Shown here: piece after piece, positions 1 to 13,339 of the stretch
How the letters are laid out: each line of letters starts with the position of its first letter
Numbering within the stretch: the stretch's first letter is position 1
Origin: Eledone cirrhosa
Taxonomy: Eukaryota
Assembly: GCA_964016885.1 (NCBI GenBank)
Contig: OZ024741.1
Coordinates: 354,454,001-354,518,000, forward strand
Direction of reading: 5' to 3'
Length of the DNA stretch: 64,000 nucleotides
Translations under genes and position numbers: made by a program
The notes under the pieces: model-generated
The model's database searches: none
Told to the model about the DNA's origin: nothing
Seen by the model: only the letters and a program-made list of their open reading frames with translations

Positions 1-2058
1 AATAACCTAACTATCTGTAACACTAACTTCAAAAAACGTGACAATCACCTGATCACCTATAGATCGGGGGAACACACAAGCTAGGTAGATTATATCCTTA
101 CCAGAAGACGTGACAGAGTGTCTGTTGTAAACACTAAATCCCTCCCCCATGAAGAATGCACCTCCCAACATAGACTGATAATTAGCGACCTAATAGTCAG
201 GACGAGACGTACTAGACAACAGAAGAGGACTATCCTCAGGAGAAAAATATGGAAGCTAAAGGACCCCACAGCCAGAAATAAATTCAAAAGTATACTACTT
301 GATGCTTTCGACAGTAAGGAAGAGCAATTAGAGTCGTACAATATAGAGGAGCAGTGGGAATTCCTGAAAGCAAACCTGCTGATGGCGGCAGACGAAGTCT
401 GTGGCTGGAGCAGGCCTGTAGGCAGGAGGAGAGTAACATGGTGGTGGAACAGTAAGGTGGAGGGGTCAATTAAGGCCAAAAAGCAGGCTTGGAAAGTATG
501 GCGGGATGGGGGAAGCAGAGAAGACTATCAAGTGGCCAGGAGGGAAGCTAGGAGACAAGTGTACTTTGCAAGAAGGGAAGCAGAGGAAAGAAAGTTCAAG
601 CATGTTCTACAACGCGAGGACCAAAAACGTGAGGTGTTCAGGATTGCTAGGCAATATGTCAAGGAAAACCGTGATATTGTCGGGGAGAAGTGTGTACTTA
701 ATGATGACGGCGTACTTGCCATCACCGACGGTGATAAGAAGGTAGCTTGGAAGTGTCACTATGAAAGGCTACTAAATGAGGAGAATAAATGGGAGAAAGA
801 CAGTCTCCCCCACATCGACCCAATAGAGGGACCAGCAGTGTTAGTCGAGGGTAGTATAATAAGTAAGGCAATCAAAGATATGAAGACGGGTAAGGCGGCT
901 GGACCTTCGGAAATAGTTGCCGAGATGCTGAAGGCATCTGGTACGGTGGGACACACCATGGTCACCCGGATAGTTAACCAAGTCGTACAGAATGGGGTTG
1001 TTCCGAAGGACTGGCGTAGCAGCATCATCGTTAACTGTTATAAGGGTAAAGGAGATGCCCTAGATAGGAGTAACTATAGAGGCATTAAATTAATCGACCA
1101 GGTCATGAAGGTCCCGGAAAAAGTAATAGCGCAACTAATCAGAGAGAGAATTGATCTAGATGAAATGCAGTTCGGGTTTGTGTCAGAACTGGATGGAAAA
1201 AGTTCAGAGAGCTTATACCACTATTAGCCGCTAAAGGGTTCTCCCTAAAAATGAAAGGCAGGTTGTACGATGCCTGCATACGAACAGCAATGTTGCATGG
1301 CAGTGAGACCTGGGCATTGTGTGCAGAGGATATACGCAGACTAGAGAGAAACGAAGCTTGCATGCTCCGCTGGATGTGTAATAGTAATATACGTGAACGG
1401 CAAAGCATAAACGAACTAAGGAAAAAATTAGAAATAAGAGGGATCAGATGTTGTTTACTCGAGAGAAGACTACGTTGGTATGGTCACGTGATGCACATGA
1501 AGGACGATAGCTGTATAACAAAGTGCAGGGCAATAAAGATAGACGGTAGCCACGGAATAGGCAGACCCAGAAAAACCTGGGACGAGCTGATAAATTCCGA
1601 CCTCACACGCTTACACCTCACCAAGACAATGTCACTGGACCGAGACCTTTGGCGGTACTCAGTAATAGAGAAGACCCGCCTTACCTAAATACAAAGTAAA
1701 ACCTACTACAGTCAGTAGGCATCTCTAACAAAATACACCCCCGTCCCACCACCCCCACCCCATCCACACCGCCCCTTTCAATGTAAAGTTATGTTGGTGC
1801 CACAACATCCAGGCCGAAACAAATGAGATCGTGTAGGTGTCACGTCAAAAAAAGCACACAGTTCACGCTGTAATGTGGCCGTGTAGGCAACACGGTAAAA
1901 ACCTCCCAGCCCCACACTGTAAATGTGGTTGGTATTAGGAAGGGCATCCAGCTGTAGAAAACCCGCCAGATAGTCTTATGCGAGCAAGATAATCACTCTT
2001 GCCTCAAGTGGGAAAGCCCGTCCAAACCCATGCAAGCGTGGAACACGGACGTTAAATG

Positions 2059-2065
<7 letters not shown>
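1..2065 (+). mobile_element. RTE-clade LINE, internally deleted (end of APE endonuclease, linker, RT start, C-terminus, 3' UTR, (GAT)n tail)
   Basis: ORF 118-1227 has QHRLII, TWWWN, GKAAGPSEI, YKGKGD, NYRGIKL and QFGFV. The sequence then jumps at ~1183 to RTGWKKFREL and ORF 1251-1688 ([22 protein letters not shown]). It ends in cggacgttaaatgatgatga. Confidence 0.93.
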
Positions 2066-2131
<66 letters not shown>

Positions 2132-2173
2132 GCGTGTGCGTGTGCGTGTGCGTGTGCGTGTGTGTGTGTGTGT
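2064..2173. repeat. compound (GA)n(GT)n(GCGTGT)n microsatellite
   Basis: Directly visible. Confidence 0.97.
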
Positions 2174-3199
2174 ACAAATTTTAGTACAGCATTAACAAAG
2201 CTTTAGTTTGCGGCCAAGCTAATGAATTTAAATTCGGTATGTAGCTTTAGCACTCGAATGGGAATAGTACCCCAGAGTAATAACAATACGTTTAGACAGC
2301 TTAGCAAATCAAATATAGCGAACGGCAGTCCAGCCACATTACCACAGCAACGAGAATGGTTGGACTCAGGAAAAGATATATATATATACATATGTGTATA
2401 TGTATATATATATATATATATGTATATGTATAAGACAAACACAGAGATGCAAAAACAGTCTTATTAGATTAACACTAGGGAATAAAGTTAATATAAAGAG
2501 TGGTATAATATCTCTGCGCATGAGCACACCACTCTTTATATTAACTTTACCCCCTCAGCACTTTGTAAAAGTCTGAGAGATTGGCTACATACACACACGT
2601 GTGTATGTGTGCATGTATATATATATATGTGTGTGTGTGTGTGTATATATATATGTGTGTGTGTGTGTGTATGCTTAATCACTCTTCAGCACTACTGGTA
2701 ACATGTAATCCTGTATAATCTGTGCATGGTTGGGTCGTTGGCGACTAAACTGAGAATCCCACCAAGCTTGCTTGGTGAGTAGGGTGATTTTGGACACCCT
2801 TCAGAATGAAAAACAAAAACTATCAAATGCCATCCAATAAAATATTTTGTTTTGTGGAGCAAGAGACTCCTATTCTTCATTAAGACATCTCTCTAGAAGG
2901 TCACTCTGATATAAAACCTGCAACTTCATCTGCATCCAATTATGTAGAACAGTTCTACTTTTGATATTATTTATTTTGAGAACAATACCTTAATGTCAGT
3001 ATGAGTGGCTGGCTATGGCCAGTTTGAACAGAAAGAGATAAGAGAATTCTGGCCGGATACAGCCAGTTTAAATGCTAAAGGGCTAAAAAAGCTTCAAGTA
3101 CAGGCATCACTTGGTATGCGACATATTTTGCGATACATGGTATTGTTGTCCATAGACAAGTCCCTAGAAGGACTAAAAAGCGATGTCCGTGATATTCAT

Positions 3200-4480
3200 G
3201 CTTAAGTGTATGAGAGAGAAATTTTTTATAATTTTGGATTCCAAAATACAACATATTTTGCAATAGACTTTTTGTAACAGATACTTACTTCATAAACTGA
3301 GTAAGATACATTTTAGAAATAAACTATTCCAGATAAGCTACATTAATCATCTTGTTATCAAGATTGTCAAGAAATCTGTGTATGTTGGTCATATGATGCC
3401 TGACAAGATTGACACCACTGAATGATAGATAGTGAAGGTTACTTAGAAAGTGATTATGAAATACACTGTAATTAATGCCATTGTGTATTAAATTATATCT
3501 ATATATGATGATAACATAAATCATTTCATGTGACACAGTTTTGAATACTTATAGCTATGTGGACTGAGGATAAGGGGAAGAGATTCGTTGAAGATATATA
3601 TGTCTGTGTATCATAGTAGATTCATGGAATTAGACATCATCCCTATTATCAATATAAGGAGAAAGGTGATGTAGCATGTTTTATCTAGTGATTCATAATT
3701 CTTAATATCTACTACTCTTGAAGATTCAGAAGTAATTCACAATACCCTTGAATAATCTTTGGAAAGAAAATGCACCCCAAAATTAAGTTCATGAACTGAA
3801 GTGCACCTTGCCTAAACCACCTGTGTTCCTTTTCTAATTTTTTTTTTATTTTGTTATTTTGATTCAAAACTGTTTGTTTTAAATTGTTCATATTTATATT
3901 AACACCTTCCATCATAATTGTATGTAAAAACATTTTGCTATGTTCTAGACACCAATTTAATATTGAAAAGAGGTCAGCTACATTATTAAATTCCTCTGTT
4001 ATTTTTAAAATAAACTGAAACATATGAGCTGTGTATTTCATTTAGAATATGGTAATAAAGGAGTTAAGAAGCATCAATGCTATTACTGGTTATTGACAAA
4101 GCTTTCTAAAGCCTACATAAAAAAGTGGCTAAATAGTAAATGTGTTAAAATAAAGATCGAGTAATTATCAATTCTAATATTAAAAAAAAGTACTGCAGTT
4201 CCTTTTTAAACAAGGTATTGTTTACCTGCATCAATGTACCTTTCTACAAAAATAAAACCACTCCTATTTTTTCTATGGAAATGTAATGAAGTGAGTGAAG
4301 AGGAGTGAGGATAGTGTTCATTCCCTTTGCAGTCCCTCCCAGACTGGTGAAATTGATATCTAACTTGAACTTCTGTGATTAATATCTGCAGACAAAAATG
4401 TGGGCAAGGAAGGAATTTCAAAAGGTTGCAGTTTAGAGAGGTAGGATTGAACAACATTTTTAGTACACGGATTTAAAAAC
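3200..4480 (-). mobile_element. highly degenerate CR1/L2/Jockey-group LINE RT remnant
   Basis: Minus-strand peptides ILTPLHSLHYISIEKIGVV..TLFKK, TNIHRFLDNLDNKMINVAYLE and KSLLQNMLYFGIQ resemble successive RT motifs in the right order. Many stops and frameshifts. Confidence 0.5.
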
Positions 4481-5669
4481 AGAAATACAGTAGGAATGAC
4501 AAATGATAGAAAGATAACAACATAAGATGGGCTTAATAAAGTCTAATACTAGTTTGAAGGCAGGAAGTGGTCGGTATAGAAGCCATTATAATCATGGTAG
4601 AGGGTAAATATAAACAACTGTTACTGTTATGTTAACTAATAAACCTGATGATCAATCACATTTTGGGGAATATTCTTTTATTCTTTTTCTGGTTTCAGAC
4701 ATTTGATTCAGGCTACACTGGGGCACCACCCTGAAAGGATTTAGTTGATCATATCAATGGCAGTACATATATTGTTCAAGTCTAGTACTTATTTTAGCAT
4801 TCTCTTTTCATAAAACTGCTGGTTTACAGGATAAATATTGACAGGGACATACATACATACAACTCGTCTAACCCATGCTAGTGTCGAAAATGGACGTAAA
4901 ACAGTGATGATGATAATATATATATATACAAGGCTTTAGTAGAAGACATTTCCTCAAGGAGAGGTTGGATTGAAGCTAGAGCTATATGGTTGTGATGCAA
5001 ACTCCTTGGTCAACAATATTTCTAAGTGTAACAGAAATGTTGCAGATATGTGAGCAATATTTTAAAGCAGCTTACACTTAACAGCTCTTTAGATGGTTTG
5101 AATTATTTTCTGACCAAACAACTGAACTAGTTTACTGGTTTAAGTATGATAGTAGTTGAGTAGGCTTTGAAATATGTTGAAGCTATCTGTAGGAGATCTA
5201 AAAATTATTTCAAGACCCCTAGAGAATTATCGATGGAAAGAAATTAGCTGAAGTATGCAGGAGAAAGATTGGGAGGGGGATAATGATATGAAAATGTAAT
5301 GTGTAAGTGGCATAGTGAGTGAAAAATAGCCACTTATTTTTGTTAAGCCCCTACTGAAACTCTTGAGTAGATAAATGAATAGCATTCTAACCATAATTAT
5401 CCTATCCAATGTGTCCCTTTTCAATGTCGTAAGGTGAGGCAGAATTGGCTATTCTTACCAGGTTGATCAACCACACATAATATTTTTTATTCATGTAAAG
5501 GAATATTAAAAGGAATTTATTGAAAGAGGAGAGCAAGGGAGGTTTGTGTTGAATGAATTAGTCAAACTCTGGCATCACTGGGCTTTAGAGATGACAAAAG
5601 ATTAACACATGAAAAGGTGCTTTATTGTAAATGTCTCCCCATATCAACATGGAAGAAAATGGAGATTAA

Positions 5670-5862
5670 AATAATTGTTTCTACTTTTGACACAAGGCCA
5701 GCAATTACTCAGTACATTACTGGTACTTTATTTTATCGACCCCGTAAGGATGAAAGGCAAAGTTGACATCGGCGGGATTTGAACTCAGAATGGAAAGGGT
5801 CGTAACTCTATGCGTAAAAGCATGACGTCCGACTCTCTACCGACACTGCCAATCCACCGCTT
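5670..5862 (-). mobile_element. tRNA-derived SINE (family 1)
   Basis: The reverse strand reads gcggtggattggcag (A box), gagttcaaatccc (B box), core ctttcatccttacggggtcgataaaataaagtacc and tail gtagaaacaatt. There are more than 10 copies in the window. Confidence 0.88.
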
Positions 5863-6829
5863 AAAATAATGTGGATCACTGCCTGTCTGTCTGTCCTTCT
5901 TTCTCTTTGTATGTTACTCTCTTTCTCTTTCTTACTTTTCCTTATGGTTACATTTCTATTTATATGTGTACATTACTACATGCATGTGTACAAACATATA
6001 AATACACACACACACACACTCACTCACATGCTATACACAGTTATCCACATGGTGTAGTTTGAAGTTTAGAAAAAGAAAATTTTCAAGGATATAGGGTGTT
6101 GTACATCCAAGAAATTAGTTCAGATGCCTATACAGTAGGATGTTACTTTCTTCATGATAACAAACATGCTCTTCTTTTTCTTAAGATAGCAGAAATTAAA
6201 TAAGCTATCAAGACCCACTAAAGTAAAAACCACACCAGTACGTACATTGGAATAGAAAGATAATGTGAAATGCCAGATTAATTAGACATCTAGGTTCTAA
6301 GTGTATACATCCTGTTAGAACTTTAGACACATTTGTCAGATGGAGGAAATCATAGGCGTTAAGTAGTAGGAAGAGCAAGAGTAAATTGTATATTTATTCT
6401 TAAGTAGTGAACTTCCTTATTCAACATTTTGGTCTATAAAGAAGTTACTTACAGAAAACATCTATAAACACACAAAGTATGATTCGTCTATATGTACACA
6501 TATGGTCTTTCTCTTCCCTAGTTAATTTCATAACGTTTACTAATTTCTGCAATACAACACACGTACAAAAATAATATCATTATCATCATTTTACATCCAT
6601 TTTTCACGCTGGCATTGCTTTAACAGGTTATTTTGTTCCAAGTCGGTTCTTATTCAGAGTTACTGCTTTCCTAAACAGATCCATTGACTATATCATACTT
6701 GTATGCTCCAAATTACTTCAGTAACAATTGATAATGGACAGACCCACATGAAAATCTACATGTGTTTATAAAATATAGCTGTTTGTTTGTGTTCAGCAAA
6801 GTCAAATGATAATTAAAATACTAATTTAT

Positions 6830-7570
6830 GATTGCTGGTTCCATGAAAAAACACACCCAGTACATTCTATAAAATGGTTGGTGTTATGGTGGGCTTCCAA
6901 CCATAGAAACCATGCTAAAAAGGGTTGAGAGGCCCATTCAGTCGCAACATGACAATCTCTCTAGTGCTGGTGCCATGAAAAATGCACCCAGTACATTCTG
7001 TAAGGTGGATGGTAATAGGAAGAACATCCAGATGTAGAAAACTTGCCAAACAAAGGGTCAAGTGTCAAGAGGATTCTTCTGTTGTTTCAAAGACACGCCA
7101 ACCTCCTTACTGCTGGTGTCATAAGATGCACCCAGTGCACTCTAGAGTGTGGGAATGTATGCAGACAAGATTCGAGCTGCCAGCCTATCTGACAGGCCAT
7201 TAAGTACTGACATGGTTCTGTGACAACCCATCCAACCCTTGCTAGCAGGGCAAACACATACTAAATGATGATGATAGTGACCTATGTGTTAAATTATAGG
7301 CAACACAGCATGAAGCCATATAAAGATTTCCAAACTGTTGGGAGGACTCTTCAGCTGTGTCAAAGACGTGACAACTTCCTTAATGCTGGTGCCATAATAA
7401 AATGCATTCAGTCAAGAGTAGGAACATATGTAAGTGAGGTGTAGGCCCCTGGCCCATTTGAGAGGTCAATAACTTCACTTTAATACTGAAATGATCTGTG
7501 AAGAACCATCCAACCATTGCTAGCAGGGAAAACGGACATTAATTAATGACGATGATGATGAAGATGAGGA
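6830..7570 (+). repeat. cluster of degenerate RTE-tailed SINE-like repeats
   Basis: Repeated aaaatgcacccagtacattctgtaa units, ggaagggcatccag-like motifs and RTE tails (ccatccaacccttgctagcaggg...gatgatgat). Confidence 0.7.
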
Positions 7571-8007
7571 GGCATAACTGTTGTGAGGTTATCTGTTAAA
7601 TTACGAACTAGAAGTTCTGGAATTCAAGATTTTCAACTAACAGTGTTGTACCCCCACGACAAAGTACATAATACTGCTTACACCAGTATTATATGGTATG
7701 CAGCAGATTTTTTTTTTTCTACATAGATAGTTGGATAGTTAGTAGTTAGAAGATCCCAAAAGAGCAACTACAAATGTTTAATTTTATAAACCCATCACAC
7801 CCACACACAGACACACTCACACACACACACATACACACTATAAGCTATTTATATATAGTAACTCTGAAAAATATACCTCTGAAGAAAACAAAAAACCCTT
7901 GAGGGTAAAGGATATTTTTGAAAACGCAAAGCCAGTAAGCAAAATATACTATATTGGAGCATTAAAATAGAAGCTTGGTCATGCATATTGGAAAAGAAAA
8001 AAATAGA

Positions 8008-8090
8008 AATATATATATGTATGTATATATTCATATATATATATATATACATATTTATATATATATATATACACACACATATATATATAT

Positions 8091-8153
<63 letters not shown>

Positions 8154-8434
8154 CACACACATATATATATATATACACACACATATATATATATACACAC
8201 ACACATATATATATATATACACACACATATATATATACACACATATATATACACACACATATATATATATATACACACACATATATATATATATACACAC
8301 ACATATATATATATATATACACACACATATATATATATATATACACACACATATATATATATACACACACACATATATATATATATATACACACACATAT
8401 ATATATATACACACACACACATATATATATATAT

Positions 8435-8481
<47 letters not shown>

Positions 8482-8496
8482 TATATATACAAACAA

Positions 8497-8527
<31 letters not shown>

Positions 8528-8650
8528 TATATATACAAACAAATATATATATACAAACAAATATATCTATACAAACAAATATATATATACAAAAAAATAT
8601 ATCTATACAAACAAATATATATATACAAAAAAATATATATATACAAACAA

Positions 8651-8683
<33 letters not shown>

Positions 8684-8690
8684 CATATAC
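8008..8690. repeat. complex (TA)n(CA)n micro/minisatellite
   Basis: Directly visible. Source of the spurious I/Y/H/T ORFs. Confidence 0.97.
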
Positions 8691-8821
8691 ATGGAAAGTT
8701 ATATTTAAATTGTTGGGTTACAACTAGTAAATATTAATAACTGATATAAAAGCACTCGACAAGTATTTGGAGCATATTTACGATATTAAATAAATGGAAA
8801 CTATATTTATAAAACCATATT

Positions 8822-8887
8822 TATTTCATTATATATATTTCAGGGATATCATATTAACAATATGCTATGCCTTCCTCAGACAAAATA
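8822..8887 (-). ncRNA. type I hammerhead ribozyme (left inverted pLTR)
   Basis: Exact reverse complement of the hammerhead at 11706-11771. Confidence 0.8.
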
Positions 8888-9474
8888 CAATATAAACAGT
8901 TTTATAGATAAATAGATTTGACATACCGTACAACATCGACTTGTATTTGAAAAGTTGAATTGGCAGTGAAAAAATTGTAAACAGAAAGAAAGAAAGAGAG
9001 AAAAAAAAAGAAAGAAAGACAGAAAACGAAGAAAAAGAAGAAAAAGAAGAAATGCATGGAACAAAATAGAGAGATGGAAAGATAGATAAAGAGAAGAACT
9101 TCATGTAAAGAAACAGAGAGAGATATATATAGAGAGAGGAAATAGATAGAGATAGATATATATATAGAAAAATATGTAGTTGGACATCCGTTGAGTAAAC
9201 GTATCAATGATACATTTATTTATTTATTTAGCTCTAGTATTAATGTAAGGGAGATATATGTGGTTAGGAGAGAAACCAGCTGTTATATAGAGAGAAAAAT
9301 GAAAAGTAACCAGACATAGGCGAAGCATAAAAAACCCTATGTTTTAATGTAGAAGTATTAATATGTATAAATATGTATAAAAACCAGGCACTATATTGAA
9401 AATATCAGTATTCCTGAATGAGACACGTATCCATAATGTGTGAAAAGTAATGATCTTATGTTTAGTTTTAAAAA

Positions 9475-10371
9475 TAAAAAACGTATCTCTAGAATCTCGT
9501 CTAATAGAAAGATTTTCGACGAAAAAGCCCAGTACTACAATGAAGCGTTAGCTAGAGCAGGATATACTGATAAGATTATGTACATAGATAATGATAGACA
9601 AACTAAACAAAATAACAACTATTTTAATTACGGCAACAACCTTAACAACTATAATAGAAAGCATTACAATAATTCCAAGGGCCAAAAAAGAAATAGAACT
9701 AGGAACATAATTTGGTTTGCCCCCCCTTTCTCACTTAACATTAAAACCCACATCGCTAAACTATTTTTTAAAGCTCTTGATAATCGCTTCCCTAGAACAC
9801 ATAGGTATCACTCAATTTTCAATAGACATACTATAAAATTAACCTACTCATCCACCAAAAATTTAGCACAAAATATTAATAGAATAAATAATAGGAACTT
9901 AAAACCTAGTGATAATAGCATAAATAATATACAAGTTAACAAATGTAACTGTAGAGATAGATCTAAATGTCCGTTAAATAACAACTGCTTAGTTAAAAAT
10001 ATAGTATACAATTGTAATGTTAAAACTGATTCTAATTCTTTTAACTACGTCGGTTCCACATCGACGGAATTTAAACTTCGCTATAATAACCACAAGAATT
10101 CTTTCACAGATCCAAGCAAAAAATCTTCAACGGCACTATCAGGCGTACTCTGCAACTTAAGCTAGATAACGTTAGATATTCGACGGCTTGGAATATAGTC
10201 TCAAGAGGGATTCCTTTTAATTCATCCTCTGAGACATGTGACCTCTGCGCAGAGGAGATATTCTTTATACTAAAATCTAAAAATTCCCTTAATCTACGGA
10301 CAAATTTATTCAGTTGCTGCAAACATAGATTAAACTCAACTTTTAAATATAAATTTAAATTTAAAATGTAG
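9475..10371 (+). pseudogene. PLE C-terminal region with CxCx5C motif and GIY-YIG endonuclease, frameshifted near 10145
   Basis: IIWFAPPFS, IFNRHTIKLTYS, CNCRDRSKCPLNNNC, IVYNC..YVGSTSTEFKLRYNNH. A second frame continues W..CDLCAEE..LNLRTNLFSCCKH to TAG at 10369-10371. Confidence 0.9.
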
Positions 10372-11705
10372 TATATTTAGTTTGATTTATAATTATTTGG
10401 GAAACTAGCCGATAAATCTTTCGATTTCTTCTTTTTATTCTTCTTTTTATTTTTATTTTTATTTTTATTTATTTAAACATTCTTCATGAAAAATTAAACT
10501 ACCCTAAAAGTTGATGCTCCAAATATTTCGAATAAACGTTACACTAGATAAACTTCTATATTAAATATAAGAACACATGTAGACCAAATGGGCACCCTAA
10601 ACTTTTTGAAATAATTTTTGCTAGATGCGATTTGATAAATAATTTTTAGCTTTATCTGTTTTCGACTCTGATGTTTATAATGAACTTGGCAATATATTGT
10701 CAATTAATTTTGAAGGGTTGATCTTTGTGGTTTATTTTTATTATTGTGGTATTTTCTAATATTTTTATTTTTAATATGTAATATTTTTAATATGTAATAT
10801 TTTTTCGTAATATTTTTTAGTTTTCTATTTTATTATTATTTATTTATTATTATTATTATTGTTGTTTTTTAGTTTTTGTTTCTGATATATTTTTATTAAT
10901 ATATTGAAATCTGCTCTCTATTTCTGCTTGATAGATAATCTTGTAGAGTAAAGACAAGAATAGTAGTAATATAGACTCTATATATATATGTGTATATATA
11001 TACACATATGTGTATACTTAAATTTTTATAGCACAATGAGAATGTTTTCCGTGCGAACTTAGGGTTTGCAGAGTTGATCATGTAAATTCACATCGATGTT
11101 TGTAGTTATCATATAAACATATGAATTTTTTAAAACTAAACATAAGATCATTACTTTTCACACATTATGGATACGTGTCTCATTCAGGAATACTGATATT
11201 TTCAATATAGTGCCTGGTTTTTATACATATTTATACATATTAATACTTCTACATTAAAACATAGGGTTTTTTATGCTTCGCCTATGTCTGGTTACTTTTC
11301 ATTTTTCTCTATATATAACAGCTGGTTTCTCTCCTAACCACATATATCTCCCTTACATTAATACTAGAGCTAAATAAATAAATAAATAAATAAATGTATC
11401 ATTGATACGTTTACTCAACGGATGTCCAACTACATATTTTTCTATATATATATCTATCTCTATCTATTTCCTCTCTCTATATATATCTCTCTCTGTTTCT
11501 TTATATGAAGTTCTTCTCTTTATCTATCTTTCCATCTCTCTATTTTGTTCCATGCATTTCTTCTTTTTCTTCTTTTTCTTCGTTTTCTGTCTTTCTTTCT
11601 TTTTTTTTCTCTCTTTCTTTCTTTCTGTTTACAATTTTTTCACTGCCAAATCAACTTTTCAAATACAAGTCGATGTTGTACGGTATGTCAAATCTATTTA
11701 TATTG

Positions 11706-11771
11706 TATTTTGTCTGAGGAAGGCATAGCATATTGTTAATATGATATCCCTGAAATATATATAATGAAATA
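11706..11771 (+). ncRNA. type I hammerhead ribozyme (right pLTR)
   Basis: Stem I UAUUUUGU/AUGAAAUA (8 bp, 2 G-U), core CUGAGGA, stem II AGGcAUAgCAUAUU-guu-AAUAUGaUAUcCCU, then GAAA and a palindromic stem III UAUAUA. AUA cleavage triplet, cut predicted after 11763. Confidence 0.82.
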
Positions 11772-11811
11772 AATATGGTTTTATAAATATAGTTTCCATT
11801 TATTTAATATC

Positions 11812-11877
11812 GTATATATACATATATATATATATATACATACATACATATATATATACATACATATATATATATAC

Positions 11878-11908
<31 letters not shown>

Positions 11909-11983
11909 CATATATATATATACATATATATATATACACACATATATATATATACATATATATATATACATATATATATATAC

Positions 11984-12022
<39 letters not shown>

Positions 12023-12435
12023 CATATATACATATACATATATATATATACATATATATATATACATATATATATATACATATACATATATACATATATA
12101 TATATACATATACATATATACATATATATATATACATATATACATATATATATATACATATATACATATATATATATACATATATATATATACATATATA
12201 TATATACATATACATATACATATATATACATATATATACATAAACACATATATATATACATATATATACATATACATATATATATATAAACACATATATA
12301 TATACATATAAACACATATATATATACATATAAACACATATATATATACATATATATACATATATATATACACACATATATATATATATATACACACATA
12401 TATATATATATATACACACATATATATATATACAC

Positions 12436-12468
<33 letters not shown>

Positions 12469-12507
12469 TATATATATATATATACACATATATATAAATA
12501 TACACAT
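11812..12507. repeat. (TA)n(CA) complex microsatellite
   Basis: Directly visible. Confidence 0.97.
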
Positions 12508-12839
12508 ATGGTGGCTGCCAACTCGTTTTCGAGTACGGCCACTACTTTATATCCATGTAGGAGAACCCCTACCGATGTGCTGAACAAGTGTGACTTTTTA
12601 GTCCAGCCAGCTAATTGAAAACTCTGGTACAAACACTACACTTGTGACAATTATTGACACATAGTGCTGGGCCCATGGTACCATATGATGACAAGTGCAG
12701 AGAGATCTCCAGATATAAAGCAATGCCTGTGCCGTGAAGCTTTTATAGTGAGCAAAGGCACTGCACAAAGCCAGTCCCAATCTCTTAACCAATATATACA
12801 CACATATATATATATATATACACACATATATATATACAC

Positions 12840-13200
12840 ATCAACATCATCACAGTTTTACGTCTGTTCTTCCATGCTAACATGGGTTAGACGGGTTGTC
12901 CTGTTGTGGGCAGTGGCCGGTCGGCTGACCTTGTCTTGCTCATACGGGAAATGATTCTGGCTTGATTTCTACAGCTGGATGCCCTTCCTAACACCAACCT
13001 CATTTACAGTGAGTGCTGGGTGCTTTTTTGCCATGGTACCTCCACGTCCACTTTGCAGTGAGAGAGTCTGCGGGCATATTGTCTATATGCTTCAGCTTGT
13101 ACCCTTGGGTGGTCGGGTCTTCTGTATTACTGCGTGACGCCAGAGGTCACGGTCATGTGTCATCGCCTTTGAGAGGTGTAATTGTGTAAAGTCGGCTTTA
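12840..13200 (-). mobile_element. RTE LINE 3' fragment (subfamily of 18882-20125)
   Basis: Reverse complement of ~19715-20115 with an internal deletion. (CAT)n tail at the left end. Confidence 0.88.
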
Positions 13201-13235
13201 TATTCACATATATATATTTGTATGTATATATACAC

Positions 13236-13281
<46 letters not shown>

Positions 13282-13339
13282 AGAGGGAAAAAAGATGAAA
13301 TCGAAAATGCAACTGGAGTCTTTTTTTTTTTTAAATATA

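Larger units (their letters stand above)
8690..11814 (+). mobile_element. Penelope-like element (Naiad-type), 5'-truncated, with inverted pseudo-LTRs, inserted in (TA)n
   Basis: 8779-~9474 is the reverse complement of ~11126-11814. The interior encodes the RT-EN linker and a GIY-YIG endonuclease. Both flanks are TA arrays. Confidence 0.9.

Noticed and set aside
9440-9474. Start of the 241 aa ORF as a real N-terminus
   Set aside because: These codons come from the inverted pLTR arm. The PLE ORF is 5'-truncated at the inversion junction.
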